Shown piece by piece: positions 11,438 to 21,333 of a stretch of DNA of 64,000 nt. How positions within the stretch are numbered: the stretch's first letter is position 1; each line of letters begins with the position of its first letter. The DNA is from a virus, in IMG/VR virus record IMGVR_UViG_3300006919_000042, positions 1-64,000 of that record, one strand, 5' to 3'. The notes below the pieces were generated by a model, which saw nothing but the letters and a program-made list of their open reading frames with translations, searched no databases and was not told the origin of the DNA. A program made the translations under genes and the position numbers.

Positions 11438-11943
11438 ATAAATCGAGACACCAATCACTGTATGACTTTTTACAAGCACTACAATTAGAGTACGTAAGTG
11501 CAGAATTAAGAAGCAAAATCTATACATCAAACAGTGACAAACGCTACTATAAGCGAGTGATGAGTCATAAAAAAGAGAAGATTGAAGATATTTCACTACG
11601 AAATGATCTGAATACAATATTTACCGACGATTCAGTTAAGAAGGAAGTCTATGCATTAACACATACTAAGTTTGGGATACCAACTTTCGTGTATCGCAAC
11701 GATGAGGACAAAGCAAAATTTGAAGAATCAGATTTACTCAACTATTTCTCAGTTGGATCAGAAGTCAAAATTCAAGGTGATGATGAGAGCGTCGAAATAG
11801 GAATCATTGTAGATGCTCAGCAATTTGAGAATAAATGGAATGATGGAAATAACGATATAGATAGCATCCCTATCGTAGTAAAGAAGAGAAGAGATCAGAA
11901 CGAAGCAATAGTGCTCGTATCGCAGATCTCAAGAATATTATAA
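11434..11943 (+). CDS. Hypothetical protein
   Basis: 169-aa ORF, ATGA overlap. Confidence 0.6.
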   Translation: MNKSRHQSLYDFLQALQLEYVSAELRSKIYTSNSDKRYYKRVMSHKKEKIEDISLRNDLNTIFTDDSVKKEVYALTHTKFGIPTFVYRNDEDKAKFEESDLLNYFSVGSEVKIQGDDESVEIGIIVDAQQFENKWNDGNNDIDSIPIVVKKRRDQNEAIVLVSQISRIL

Positions 11944-11963
11944 CAATTTTAAAATCGTAAATA

Positions 11964-12461
11964 ATGGGAAGAAAGTACCAATCTACTAAGATCTTTGACA
12001 ACTATTCTGTCGCTCTTAGACAATGGAAAGCAGCACATAGCCACTGCCAATTACTACACGGCTACGCATTAGAATTTAAGGTGATCTTTGAATCAGTAGA
12101 GAAGGACATAGATAAGCAGTTAGATGAGATGAACTGGATTATGGACTATGGTGGATTCAAATCAACAGATGCACAACCTACTCCAGGAAATGGACTGAAA
12201 GATTGGATGAATGATATGTGGGATCACACGACATTAATCGAGAAAGACGATCCACAACTAGAAACATTTCAATACATGGAGGAATTAGGTCTATGTAAAT
12301 TGAAAGTGATGGATGCAATGGGAGCAGAATCATGCGCTAAATTAGTATTCGATCATTTTAGCGAGAGACTCGCACTTACTGGAGGAGGAAGAGTAAAAGT
12401 ATTTTCAGTTGAGTGTTGGGAAGCTAAACGTAACAGTTCAATCTACACAGAAAATGGATAG
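11964..12461 (+). CDS. queD: 6-carboxy-5,6,7,8-tetrahydropterin synthase
   Basis: SHCQLLHGY, WIMDYGG, WDHT and GAES motifs. Confidence 0.9.
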   Translation: MGRKYQSTKIFDNYSVALRQWKAAHSHCQLLHGYALEFKVIFESVEKDIDKQLDEMNWIMDYGGFKSTDAQPTPGNGLKDWMNDMWDHTTLIEKDDPQLETFQYMEELGLCKLKVMDAMGAESCAKLVFDHFSERLALTGGGRVKVFSVECWEAKRNSSIYTENG

Positions 12462-13227
12462 AATCATAGATTATAAAAAAGTGCTACCGATTGTCGAGGT
12501 TTATACTGCAGTACAATCAGAGGGTAGCAGAGCGGGTTATCCGACAGTAGTAATTAGAACTACTGGATGTACCCACAGATGCTTCTTCGGTGAAGGAGGA
12601 TGGTGTGATTCGTGGTACACGAGCATTCATCCTGAGAAAGGTAAGTTCACATTTTATAGTATTGTTGAAATGTATTACAATAATCCACACATCAAAGAAA
12701 TGATGTTAACTGGAGGAAGTCCTACAATGCACCCGAAATTAGTGAATGAGTTAACACACTTTGCTCACGAACATGGTATCTTCATTACAATGGAAACTGA
12801 GGGGAGCCATTTTATCAAGACAGACTATCCAATTGATTTGATCTCACTCAGCCCTAAATTAGGTAACTCAATTCCAGTATTAGGAGAAACGACACCGCAA
12901 GGCAAGATTGTTGATGAGAGAATGATTAAGCAACACAATAAGCTGCGATTGAATATGGGAGCAATGTTAGATACCATTGCATATCATAAAGACTATCACA
13001 TCAAACCAGTTTGGGATGGAGATGATATGAAAACGCTAGAAGAAATCAAAAAATTGATATTCTTATTAGACGTACCTGAGGATAAAGTGTGGTTTATGCC
13101 TGCAGGAGATAGTAGAGAAGCACTATTCAAGTCATATCCATTAGTATTTGATTGGGTAAGAGACAATGGATATAGAATGACATGGAGACCACACATTATA
13201 GCTTTTGAAGATGCTAGAGAAGTTTAA
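12454..13227 (+). CDS. queE: 7-carboxy-7-deazaguanine synthase (radical SAM)
   Basis: VQSEG, RTTGCTHRCFFGEGGWCDS (CX3CX7C), LTGGSP, ETEG, SPK; likely start ATG 12454. Confidence 0.93.
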   Translation: MDRIIDYKKVLPIVEVYTAVQSEGSRAGYPTVVIRTTGCTHRCFFGEGGWCDSWYTSIHPEKGKFTFYSIVEMYYNNPHIKEMMLTGGSPTMHPKLVNELTHFAHEHGIFITMETEGSHFIKTDYPIDLISLSPKLGNSIPVLGETTPQGKIVDERMIKQHNKLRLNMGAMLDTIAYHKDYHIKPVWDGDDMKTLEEIKKLIFLLDVPEDKVWFMPAGDSREALFKSYPLVFDWVRDNGYRMTWRPHIIAFEDAREV

Positions 13228-13260
13228 ATTAAGTAATCATTTATACAAACATCATATCGC

Positions 13261-13892
13261 ATAAAATTATTAAAAACTGCCAATGGCAATATTCACAGAA
13301 CTGAGGAAGAAAAAGCAAAGATGATTGCTGAAGGCGCAGTTCATTATGGAAATTTTTTAACAGCTATGGGCTTTGATTGGAGAGCTGATCAGAATACAGA
13401 GAATACTCCGTTCAGATACGCTAAAAGTTGGGTGGAGGACATGATTAGTGGAACAATAGGAACACCACCTAAGATCACTGCATTTCCATCTGATCACTAT
13501 GATGGTATCGTACTTCAAAAAGATATTCCATTCAGTTCGATGTGTTCACATCATAATCGTGAGATCACTGGAAAGGTTCATATTGCGTATATACCAAGTG
13601 ATGGTGGTGAAGTAATAGGATTATCTAAGATGAACCGACTAGTTGATTTCTATTCAAGAAGACCTCAAATTCAAGAAGGTATGACGATGCAGATTTACGA
13701 AGCATTGAATGAGGTTCTTAAGGACAATAAAGGTATTGCAGTTATTGTTAAGGAGAACATGGCTGCGTAAAATGTAGAGGAGTGAGACATCACGGTGCTG
13801 CAATGATAACATCCAAATTAACTGGATTCTTTTTTGATAACAAATTAGGAACTCGCGTTGAGCTATTCAACCTAATCGCAAACCATAAATAA
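13261..13892 (+). CDS. folE: GTP cyclohydrolase I; apparent 1-nt deletion near 13751 and uncertain start
   Basis: TPFRYAK, SMCSHH, GLSKMNR, RRPQIQE; the required H-x-C-x3-RG (EHGCVKCRG) and TSKLTG lie in the -1 frame ending at TAA 13890-13892. Confidence 0.9.
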
Positions 13893-14407
13893 TGAAAGAA
13901 TTAATCGCTGACTACAAGATTCGACGATACTGCAAGCGACTTGCGAACGAAATATCTGCAGATCATCACACTAATGGACAGTCCGAAGAGATTGTGTTGT
14001 TAGGAGTAATGAATGGAGCTATGCCTTTCTTAGTCGATTTGTCAAGATTGATCGACCCTAAGATTCCAGTGATTATCGATACAGTGAAATGTAGCAGTTA
14101 TACTGGAATGTTCACAAAAAGTAAAGTTAAAATGAGCAAAGCTCCTGATAATGACTTATCATACAAGACTGTAATTATAGTCGAGGATATAGTTGATACA
14201 GGAGATACAATGACATTTTTAGTCAATAAACTTAATTCAAAATACAATCGTATTGACTTGAAAGTGTGTTCGTTATTGAAAAGAAGAGATTGTAGATTCA
14301 GAGTTGATTATCTTGGACGGATAGTCGATGAAGGTTTGTGGTTAATAGGCTATGGACTAGACGATGATGGATTTAAACGTAACTTAAAAAGTATATTCAT
14401 AAAATGA
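13892..14407 (+). CDS. Purine phosphoribosyltransferase (HPRT-like)
   Basis: VMNGAMPF, SSY, PRPP-binding VIIVEDIVDTGDT, GYGLD. Confidence 0.9.
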   Translation: MKELIADYKIRRYCKRLANEISADHHTNGQSEEIVLLGVMNGAMPFLVDLSRLIDPKIPVIIDTVKCSSYTGMFTKSKVKMSKAPDNDLSYKTVIIVEDIVDTGDTMTFLVNKLNSKYNRIDLKVCSLLKRRDCRFRVDYLGRIVDEGLWLIGYGLDDDGFKRNLKSIFIK

Positions 14408-14931
14408 GATTAAATGCAAAACAGATCCTTGAAAGAGGGATCATCACCGGAGAGATTACTAATGATCAGATAGCACAAGTTGGTATTGATTTGAGAGTAA
14501 TCGAAATTGAGAGAGTTTTTGGTGGAGGAGTAATTCCTAGAGAAGGGAAAACACTTCTAGCCAAACGTGAAAAGGTCAAGAGACAGTCGCCAACTGAAGT
14601 AAAGTCACTAGGACTTACTGGAGCAGTTTGGATGTTAGAGCCTGGTGTATATGATATTACATTCGCAGAAGGATGTGACATGGCACCTAATGTGTCTGGA
14701 AGAATCATTCACAGAAGCTCTTTGTTGAGAAACGGAGGGATTTTGAGATCAGGTGAATTCGATCCAGGATTTAGTACTAAGAACATTGGAGCAGTTATGA
14801 CAATTAACATACCAATGTTGATTGAATTTAAAGCAAGATTAGGTCAATTCATAGTTGATGAAAACGAACCAGTCAATCCAGAAGACTTATATAACGGTCA
14901 ATGGCAAGGAGATAAACAAAGAAAATCGTAA
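14404..14931 (+). CDS. Trimeric dUTPase/dCTP-deaminase fold protein
   Basis: GIDLR, HRSSLLRNG, GEFDPGF, RLGQ, YNGQWQ. Confidence 0.8.
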   Translation: MRLNAKQILERGIITGEITNDQIAQVGIDLRVIEIERVFGGGVIPREGKTLLAKREKVKRQSPTEVKSLGLTGAVWMLEPGVYDITFAEGCDMAPNVSGRIIHRSSLLRNGGILRSGEFDPGFSTKNIGAVMTINIPMLIEFKARLGQFIVDENEPVNPEDLYNGQWQGDKQRKS

Positions 14932-15845
14932 TGAAAACAGAAATCGTAGTAAAGTTTAATATCGAAGGACTCCACGCATGGCCTGGAGTAGTAGAGAACG
15001 ACAAGCTCAAAGAAGCTGTTGGATTTCTTCAATTTCCTCACAGACATCAATTTACATTCAGAGCAACTAAGCAAGTATCTCATGCAGATCGAGATATTGA
15101 AATCATTGATTTGAAGAGAATTATGATTCACTATCTATTTACCCAATATGGTAAACCACCAGTTCCAAAAGCTGAGGGGCTTTATAACAGCCACTGTGAC
15201 TTTGGCAATCAATCATGTGAAATGATTGCTCAAGAGTTAGTGGAAAAGTTTGAATTATCTTCATGTGAAGTACTTGAGGATAATGAGAATGGTGCAATAG
15301 TGACGGTTAATCAAGGAGAACCAATACCACCAGCAATGAAAAAACCGTACGAAGAAATTGAAATAGCAGACCGAATAGGTAAGGGAGCTAGAATAGTGTT
15401 CCTCTGTGGTGCATTATGTAGTGGAAAATCTTACTACAAAAAAGCATTGTTAGAACAAGAGCAGAACAATGGATATCTTGCATTAGGTATGGAAGCATCT
15501 GATATTGTTAAGAATATTCTCAAGAAAGAAAGCAGAGCTGATCTTCAAGGACATCCTGAATTAGATGTTGAGATTGTTAAAGCGATTGATGGTATGAGAG
15601 ATATGAGTAAAGATGATAGTATTCTAATAATAGTGTCTGGAGTACGTCAAAAAACGATTTTGCAGGCGTTTCCTAAGTCTGAATGTATTTGGGTAGATGC
15701 TTCTGAGTCAATTCGATATGAGCGCTTTAAAAACAGTAAAAAAGACGAAGATGTTTCACTACTTGGATTCACTCAAGCCAATGAACGAGATAATGAGTTA
15801 GGATTAACAGAACTTAAACAATATATTTTTAACCGTAATAAATAA
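14931..15845 (+). CDS. QueD-paralog T-fold (DpdL-like) domain fused to a P-loop nucleotide kinase domain
   Basis: N-terminal EGLHAWP..FLQFPHRHQF (LxxxHRHxF)..DRDIE..SCEMIA..EDNENGA; C-terminal CGALCSGKS, SGVR and R-x2-R lid. Confidence 0.7.
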   Translation: MKTEIVVKFNIEGLHAWPGVVENDKLKEAVGFLQFPHRHQFTFRATKQVSHADRDIEIIDLKRIMIHYLFTQYGKPPVPKAEGLYNSHCDFGNQSCEMIAQELVEKFELSSCEVLEDNENGAIVTVNQGEPIPPAMKKPYEEIEIADRIGKGARIVFLCGALCSGKSYYKKALLEQEQNNGYLALGMEASDIVKNILKKESRADLQGHPELDVEIVKAIDGMRDMSKDDSILIIVSGVRQKTILQAFPKSECIWVDASESIRYERFKNSKKDEDVSLLGFTQANERDNELGLTELKQYIFNRNK

Positions 15846-15849
15846 AACT

Positions 15850-16635
15850 ATGGACTTTTACGCAATACCGCCACTAAACAATTTAGATTTAATGCATAAA
15901 GGAGATCGATATTTCTGTCTCGCACAACTTTATATTGAACATCAGCATTATAGAGACTTCTTTAAGAGTCTTCCTGATACTGCATGGGTGACGTTAGATA
16001 ATGGAGCTGGTGATCACGATTTAGTTACTGAAGATATTTTATTTGAAGTGATGAGAGACTTAATGCCAAGTGAAGTAATTCCTCCAGATATTCTCTTCAA
16101 TGCTGACCAAACAATAATCAACGCAAAGAGATTCCACAGAAGAATGTGTGAAGAAGGTCTTTGTGATGACATTGAAGTATTCTTTTGTCCTCAAGGAAAG
16201 AATCAAAAGGACTGGCTAGAATGCTATCATTGGGGACTACATACATCTTGGGTTAAAACTCTAGGAATGAGTAAGATTGGAGTTCCAAAAGCATGGGTTG
16301 GATCAATAAATGATCGAGGAATTATGGAAGGTAGAATCAACGCATTCAACTATTTGAGAGTGAATGAAATGTTAAACAAGCCACTTCACTTCTTAGGTAT
16401 GGGAGATCCAAGGGAATATGCCTATTACAAACAATTCAGTGAATTTGATTGTGTTAGAAGTAGTGATAGTTGCAACTCAATTTGGAGTGCGATGAATAGT
16501 ATCAATTGGGCTGATGGAGAGTTTGTGAGAATTCCTACACCAAAAGATTATTTCAATAGAGAAATTCCGAAAGACTTAGTAATTGAGCATATAATCAAAA
16601 CAAACATTAATTACTTGAAACTATCAGTTCGCTAA
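15850..16635 (+). CDS. TGT-fold deazaguanine transglycosylase (DpdA-like, possibly DpdA3)
   Basis: LDNGA, PPD, CPQG, LHFLG and RSSDS motifs of a divergent TGT barrel; last gene of the que cluster. Confidence 0.7.
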   Translation: MDFYAIPPLNNLDLMHKGDRYFCLAQLYIEHQHYRDFFKSLPDTAWVTLDNGAGDHDLVTEDILFEVMRDLMPSEVIPPDILFNADQTIINAKRFHRRMCEEGLCDDIEVFFCPQGKNQKDWLECYHWGLHTSWVKTLGMSKIGVPKAWVGSINDRGIMEGRINAFNYLRVNEMLNKPLHFLGMGDPREYAYYKQFSEFDCVRSSDSCNSIWSAMNSINWADGEFVRIPTPKDYFNREIPKDLVIEHIIKTNINYLKLSVR

Positions 16636-16702
16636 CATCACTAATACTGCGCAGTTGCAGAATAAATATAAAAGTACTATCTTTATAGTCTAATCGTAAA
16701 CT

Positions 16703-17161
16703 ATGTCAATTACCCAAACACTTAAAGACGGTACATTTTTCGTAACAGATGATAAAGACGTAATGTGTATATTCGAAAAGAGATATGTATCAGGATTAAT
16801 GATTTCAGATTATCCTGGAATTATTCAATCAATTGAGATCACAAAAGAGGTTGTTGCAGACGCATACTTACTCGACAAAAAACAATTTGTAGATAAGTAT
16901 GAAGAGAGATTACTTCCTAAAGCACTACTAACAACATTGCAGTTATATAGGACTTTGAGAGATATCATTGTTGATGAGAAGGTTGTGATTAAAGCTGAGA
17001 AGAAAATCATCACAAAGGCACCGAAAGGTTCGAGACTTCAACAAGTGAAAAACTTAATTGCTGCAGGTATAATCAGTCCAAAAGAAATTGCAAGCCACTT
17101 AGGAACCAATGCAGCTTATGTATCAACCTTAATCCGAAAGATCAAAAATGAAAATGAGTAA
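16703..17161 (+). CDS. Hypothetical protein with C-terminal HTH
   Basis: SPKEIASHLGTNAAYVSTL; has its own promoter. Confidence 0.6.
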   Translation: MSITQTLKDGTFFVTDDKDVMCIFEKRYVSGLMISDYPGIIQSIEITKEVVADAYLLDKKQFVDKYEERLLPKALLTTLQLYRTLRDIIVDEKVVIKAEKKIITKAPKGSRLQQVKNLIAAGIISPKEIASHLGTNAAYVSTLIRKIKNENE

Positions 17162-17783
17162 TGATATAGCAAGTAAGCTCACAGGAAAGAACTTACAGGA
17201 CGCTACAGAGAATCAAATAAAATCTGAGCTGAAATTATTCATTAAGGATAATGGTGGAGAGGATTTTCTAATTGATGATGACCTAATTACTTTGATTGAG
17301 TTAGCAGCGATATATTCAGACGTCACTGACATTGATGCTAAGATTGCTGATGTTCAAGCAGAACAAAACAACCAACCACTACCAACATATAAGAGAGTTG
17401 GATGTGTGTTACGTACAGCAGATCCAAAACACAAGAAGATTGTTGAGAAGATAGCTGAGTTGATTTGCAATTTTCATTTAGACTTGACTTTTGTAATTAA
17501 AGATAAAGGCATAGCGCTAATTGATGCAACTAATGCAGTATTCACATTTGAGAATCTCAGACAGATTGAGGGAATGTCGACAGAATATAGTGGTATAGTT
17601 ACATTATCAAATATCAAAACAGATGAAGAGTTACAGAAAGTTGTTAGCCCTCAATATTATAGAGATAAGACTTGGGACTTTTTAGGAAGACTCAAGCGCT
17701 GTGAAGGAAAGTACTTTACTGTTACCGAGCTATTAGACTTGGTTGCAGATCGCAAAATAATCACATTCGACCGTTATGAATAA
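17148..17783 (+). CDS. Hypothetical protein
   Basis: 211-aa ORF overlapping both neighbours. Confidence 0.6.
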   Translation: MKMSNDIASKLTGKNLQDATENQIKSELKLFIKDNGGEDFLIDDDLITLIELAAIYSDVTDIDAKIADVQAEQNNQPLPTYKRVGCVLRTADPKHKKIVEKIAELICNFHLDLTFVIKDKGIALIDATNAVFTFENLRQIEGMSTEYSGIVTLSNIKTDEELQKVVSPQYYRDKTWDFLGRLKRCEGKYFTVTELLDLVADRKIITFDRYE

Positions 17784-20700
17784 AGAATTAGAAAATTGGT
17801 TTTTCGACAATTACATTAACTACGAAAACTACGGAGCAAATAAGTATAAGACTGCATTAGGAATAATGCAGTTATTGCCGTACAGCAATTGCATTGATGT
17901 TGAAGAAAATCAAATGGATTTACATTTGACTTATGATATTTCAGAAGATATTATAGATCAGAAGATCGATTATGTGATTTACAAATTTGGTGGGAAGTTT
18001 TACTATAACCCAATCACAGAGATTTCTAACGTTGAGCTCAAAGAACTAAAGTACATAGGAGACTACACAGAATATTTACCGAAGAATGAAGAGTCACACG
18101 TGTTCGCTGGTGTTCACGGTAGGTATGAGGTGATGAGCGGTACTCGTGACTATAAAGATTGGTGTAAAAAAGCAAAATTTCTACAATACAAGACACTTGC
18201 AATTTGTGAGAAGAATACTTTAGCTGGAACACTACCATTTCAAATGGCATGTAACAAAGCTGGATTAAACGCAATCATAGGATACTCAGCTTCGGTTGAA
18301 AATACTAACGGAGATGTCTATCAACTCAAGTTATTTTGCATTAACCATAGTGGTTGGATCAATTTGCTTGAGATCAATACAATTATCAACATTGACAATG
18401 AAGGAGTAATTGATGAAGCAGATTTGTTACCACTACTCAAAGGACTTGTCGCGGTGATTCCTCCAGGAATGCATTCACATAGAGCAGTATTATCACAATA
18501 CAATAAACACGCAGACAAAGCGTTCTTTCAGATTACAACAAACGAATATCTTTCAAATCAAAAAGACGAGACAGTACTGATATCTAGCAAGGAGTATATT
18601 GATAAGGATATGGATATAATCAATCCAATTCTAATTAGTGATGCATATTGCTTAGACCTAGAAGACACTCATATTAAACAAGTACTGAATAAGCAGGGTT
18701 CTGTTAAGCAAGAATATGCTACATCAAACCACTATCTACGTAGTTTTCAAGAGCTTGCAGACGAATTTGCAAATCTATTTGAACTCAAGGATATGAGATA
18801 TCCACAAATTTGGAATCAATCAGTCAATTCACTAGCGTGGATCAATAATCAATGTAAATTTAATATCAATACAAAAGAACTATTTTTGCCCAAATATGAA
18901 ATGACCGACAAAGAGGTTGTTAAGTATGGGACGCCTGAGAAGATGTTTGAGATGTTAATTTATGAAGGCTTGATAAAAAAGTTTCCTGATAATGTAGCTC
19001 AGTCTGATGATATCTGGAAAAGAATTCACATGGAACAAGATGTAATCACTAGAGGTGGTTTTATTGACTATTTCTTAATTCTATGGGACATCATCAATTG
19101 GTGTAAAACACAGAACATTCAAGTGGGACCTGGAAGGGGATCAGCTGCAGGATGTTTGATATCATATTTGCTAGGTGTAGTTAAAATTAATCCACTTCAA
19201 TTTGGATTAATCTTTGAGCGGTTCCTAAATGAATCTCGTATCAAAGAAGAGATGCCAGATATTGATTTAGATTTCGCGTCAGACAGAAGAGATGAGGTGA
19301 TTGAATATATGAGGACCCGATACGGACACGACTTTGTTTGTAGAGTAGGGACGTATGGGACACTACAGATGAGAGGTGTGATTAAAGAACTTGCACGTGC
19401 ATATAGTTACAATGGGACCTATGAAATGAACTTCATAACACACCTAATTGAAGACAACGAAGATTGGCAATTCATATTCAAGAATTCATTAGGAAATCCA
19501 GTACTGAAAAACTTCATTGTTGATAATCCTGAGATAGTAAATGATGCAAAGATTGTATTTAATTCAATCAAGTCAACATCAATGCACGCTTGTGCTACAA
19601 TTATAGTACCAAAAATTAAAGATAAGGATGGAAACTTATTAAATATCTATCAACAAATTCCTGTCAGAAAAGAGAATGGAATGGTCGTTAGTGAGTGGGA
19701 GGGAGATATAATGGCAGATGCTGGATTCTTGAAAGAGGATATCTTATCAACCAAACAGATGGCTAAGATCGGTCACATATTTGATTTAGTTAAAGAGAGA
19801 ACTGGGATACAACTTGACATGGAGAAGATTCCACTTGATGACCCTGAAGTATTTAATCTATTCAAACAAGGGTATAATCAAGACGTATTCCACTTTGGAT
19901 CTACTGGATTAACATCATATTTGAAGCAATTGAAGCCTGACAATATTGAAGAGCTTATTGCAGCAATTGCATTATATCGTCCAGGAGCAATGGCATCTAA
20001 TTCACATACACAGTACGTTAAGTTTAAAGACAAAGAGCTGCGAGCTACATATGATTTCGGACTAAAAGATGTCACTCAAGATACTTACGGACTGTACATA
20101 TATCAAGAACAGATTATGAAGGCTGTGCAGGTATTAGGTGGGTTTACAATGACCGAAGCAGATGGTGTTAGAAAGGCAATGGGTAAAAAGATAAAGTCTA
20201 AGATGGACAGTTATCGTGTTCAATTCCTTGAGAATGCAGTACAGAAAGGTTGTGATGAAAAAGAAGCAATATTAATTTGGGATAAGTTAGAGGTGTTCTC
20301 AGGATATGGATTCAATAAGTCGCATGCTGCAGCATATGCAGTAATTGGTTACTATTGTAATTGGCTAAAACATCATCATCCACTAGAATTCTGGACAGTA
20401 GCATTTCAATTTGCTGATGAGAAGAAGATATTGGATTATGTAGGAGAGATTCATAGAGTAGGGGACATCGAGATTGTTGCACCAGATATCAATAATTCAC
20501 AAATGGAGTTTAAGAGTGATGTTGAAAAGAACAGAATTTACTGGAACCTAAGTAGTATCAAATTTGTAGGTGAAGTTGCATCAACTGATATTATAGAAGA
20601 GCGAACTAAAAACGGCAAGTTCTTTAGCATGGAAGAGTTCACTGAAAGACTCGGTGGCAAATCTGTTAATAAAAGAGTTGTTGAACAACTGATTCTTGCT

Positions 20701-21276
20701 GGATGCTTTGATGATATGTATAAAGTGGTTAATCCTAGAGAGCGATTCAAAGCACTAGAAGACTACTACACAACGACTAAGCATAAAATGAAGGAGGAAT
20801 TTTCTGATAATAAGTCAGTGGACTACTACTGGTCAATCAAGCAGTCAGAGGTAAGTAAATTGAGTAATTTAGATTACGATAAGCTGATTGCAGAATCTAT
20901 GTTTGCGCCATTTAGTGATAAAACATATATAACATTAGAGAAATTGAATTCACTCAAACTTGGTACCGACAAAAGTAAGACAGCAATCATCGCTGGAATG
21001 GTAGAAGAGATAGTAGTTCGTAAGACTAAAGACAAAAGATCGTATTGCGTGATAACAATCCAACAGCATGATGACAAAGCCTACATCAGAGCTTGGCCAC
21101 AGCAATTAGAATTAGTGGAAGATGACCCGAGATTTTTTCAGTTAGGGCAACTCATTGCATCAAACGAAAAGAAACTCGCAATTTTCAGAGGAAAGTTAGC
21201 ATACAACTCATATATAAACGGTAATGAGTTAGTGATGAGTGATAGGCTACAAGGACCAATGTTACAAATTTTCTAA
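17776..21276 (+). CDS. dnaE: DNA polymerase III alpha subunit (family C)
   Basis: PHP-like domain, GPGRGSAAG, FERFLN, MPDIDLDF, LYRPG, IYQEQ, YGFNKSH. Confidence 0.96.
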   Translation: MNKELENWFFDNYINYENYGANKYKTALGIMQLLPYSNCIDVEENQMDLHLTYDISEDIIDQKIDYVIYKFGGKFYYNPITEISNVELKELKYIGDYTEYLPKNEESHVFAGVHGRYEVMSGTRDYKDWCKKAKFLQYKTLAICEKNTLAGTLPFQMACNKAGLNAIIGYSASVENTNGDVYQLKLFCINHSGWINLLEINTIINIDNEGVIDEADLLPLLKGLVAVIPPGMHSHRAVLSQYNKHADKAFFQITTNEYLSNQKDETVLISSKEYIDKDMDIINPILISDAYCLDLEDTHIKQVLNKQGSVKQEYATSNHYLRSFQELADEFANLFELKDMRYPQIWNQSVNSLAWINNQCKFNINTKELFLPKYEMTDKEVVKYGTPEKMFEMLIYEGLIKKFPDNVAQSDDIWKRIHMEQDVITRGGFIDYFLILWDIINWCKTQNIQVGPGRGSAAGCLISYLLGVVKINPLQFGLIFERFLNESRIKEEMPDIDLDFASDRRDEVIEYMRTRYGHDFVCRVGTYGTLQMRGVIKELARAYSYNGTYEMNFITHLIEDNEDWQFIFKNSLGNPVLKNFIVDNPEIVNDAKIVFNSIKSTSMHACATIIVPKIKDKDGNLLNIYQQIPVRKENGMVVSEWEGDIMADAGFLKEDILSTKQMAKIGHIFDLVKERTGIQLDMEKIPLDDPEVFNLFKQGYNQDVFHFGSTGLTSYLKQLKPDNIEELIAAIALYRPGAMASNSHTQYVKFKDKELRATYDFGLKDVTQDTYGLYIYQEQIMKAVQVLGGFTMTEADGVRKAMGKKIKSKMDSYRVQFLENAVQKGCDEKEAILIWDKLEVFSGYGFNKSHAAAYAVIGYYCNWLKHHHPLEFWTVAFQFADEKKILDYVGEIHRVGDIEIVAPDINNSQMEFKSDVEKNRIYWNLSSIKFVGEVASTDIIEERTKNGKFFSMEEFTERLGGKSVNKRVVEQLILAGCFDDMYKVVNPRERFKALEDYYTTTKHKMKEEFSDNKSVDYYWSIKQSEVSKLSNLDYDKLIAESMFAPFSDKTYITLEKLNSLKLGTDKSKTAIIAGMVEEIVVRKTKDKRSYCVITIQQHDDKAYIRAWPQQLELVEDDPRFFQLGQLIASNEKKLAIFRGKLAYNSYINGNELVMSDRLQGPMLQIF

Positions 21277-21333
21277 ATAATGGTTGGTTATAAATATAAA
21301 ATTATTATCTTTAACGAAATATAAATCGTAAAA

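Noticed and set aside
11964-16635. tRNA queuosine auxiliary pathway
   Set aside because: No queC, queF, queA or canonical zinc-binding Tgt in the window; the DpdL/DpdA-like genes fit DNA modification better
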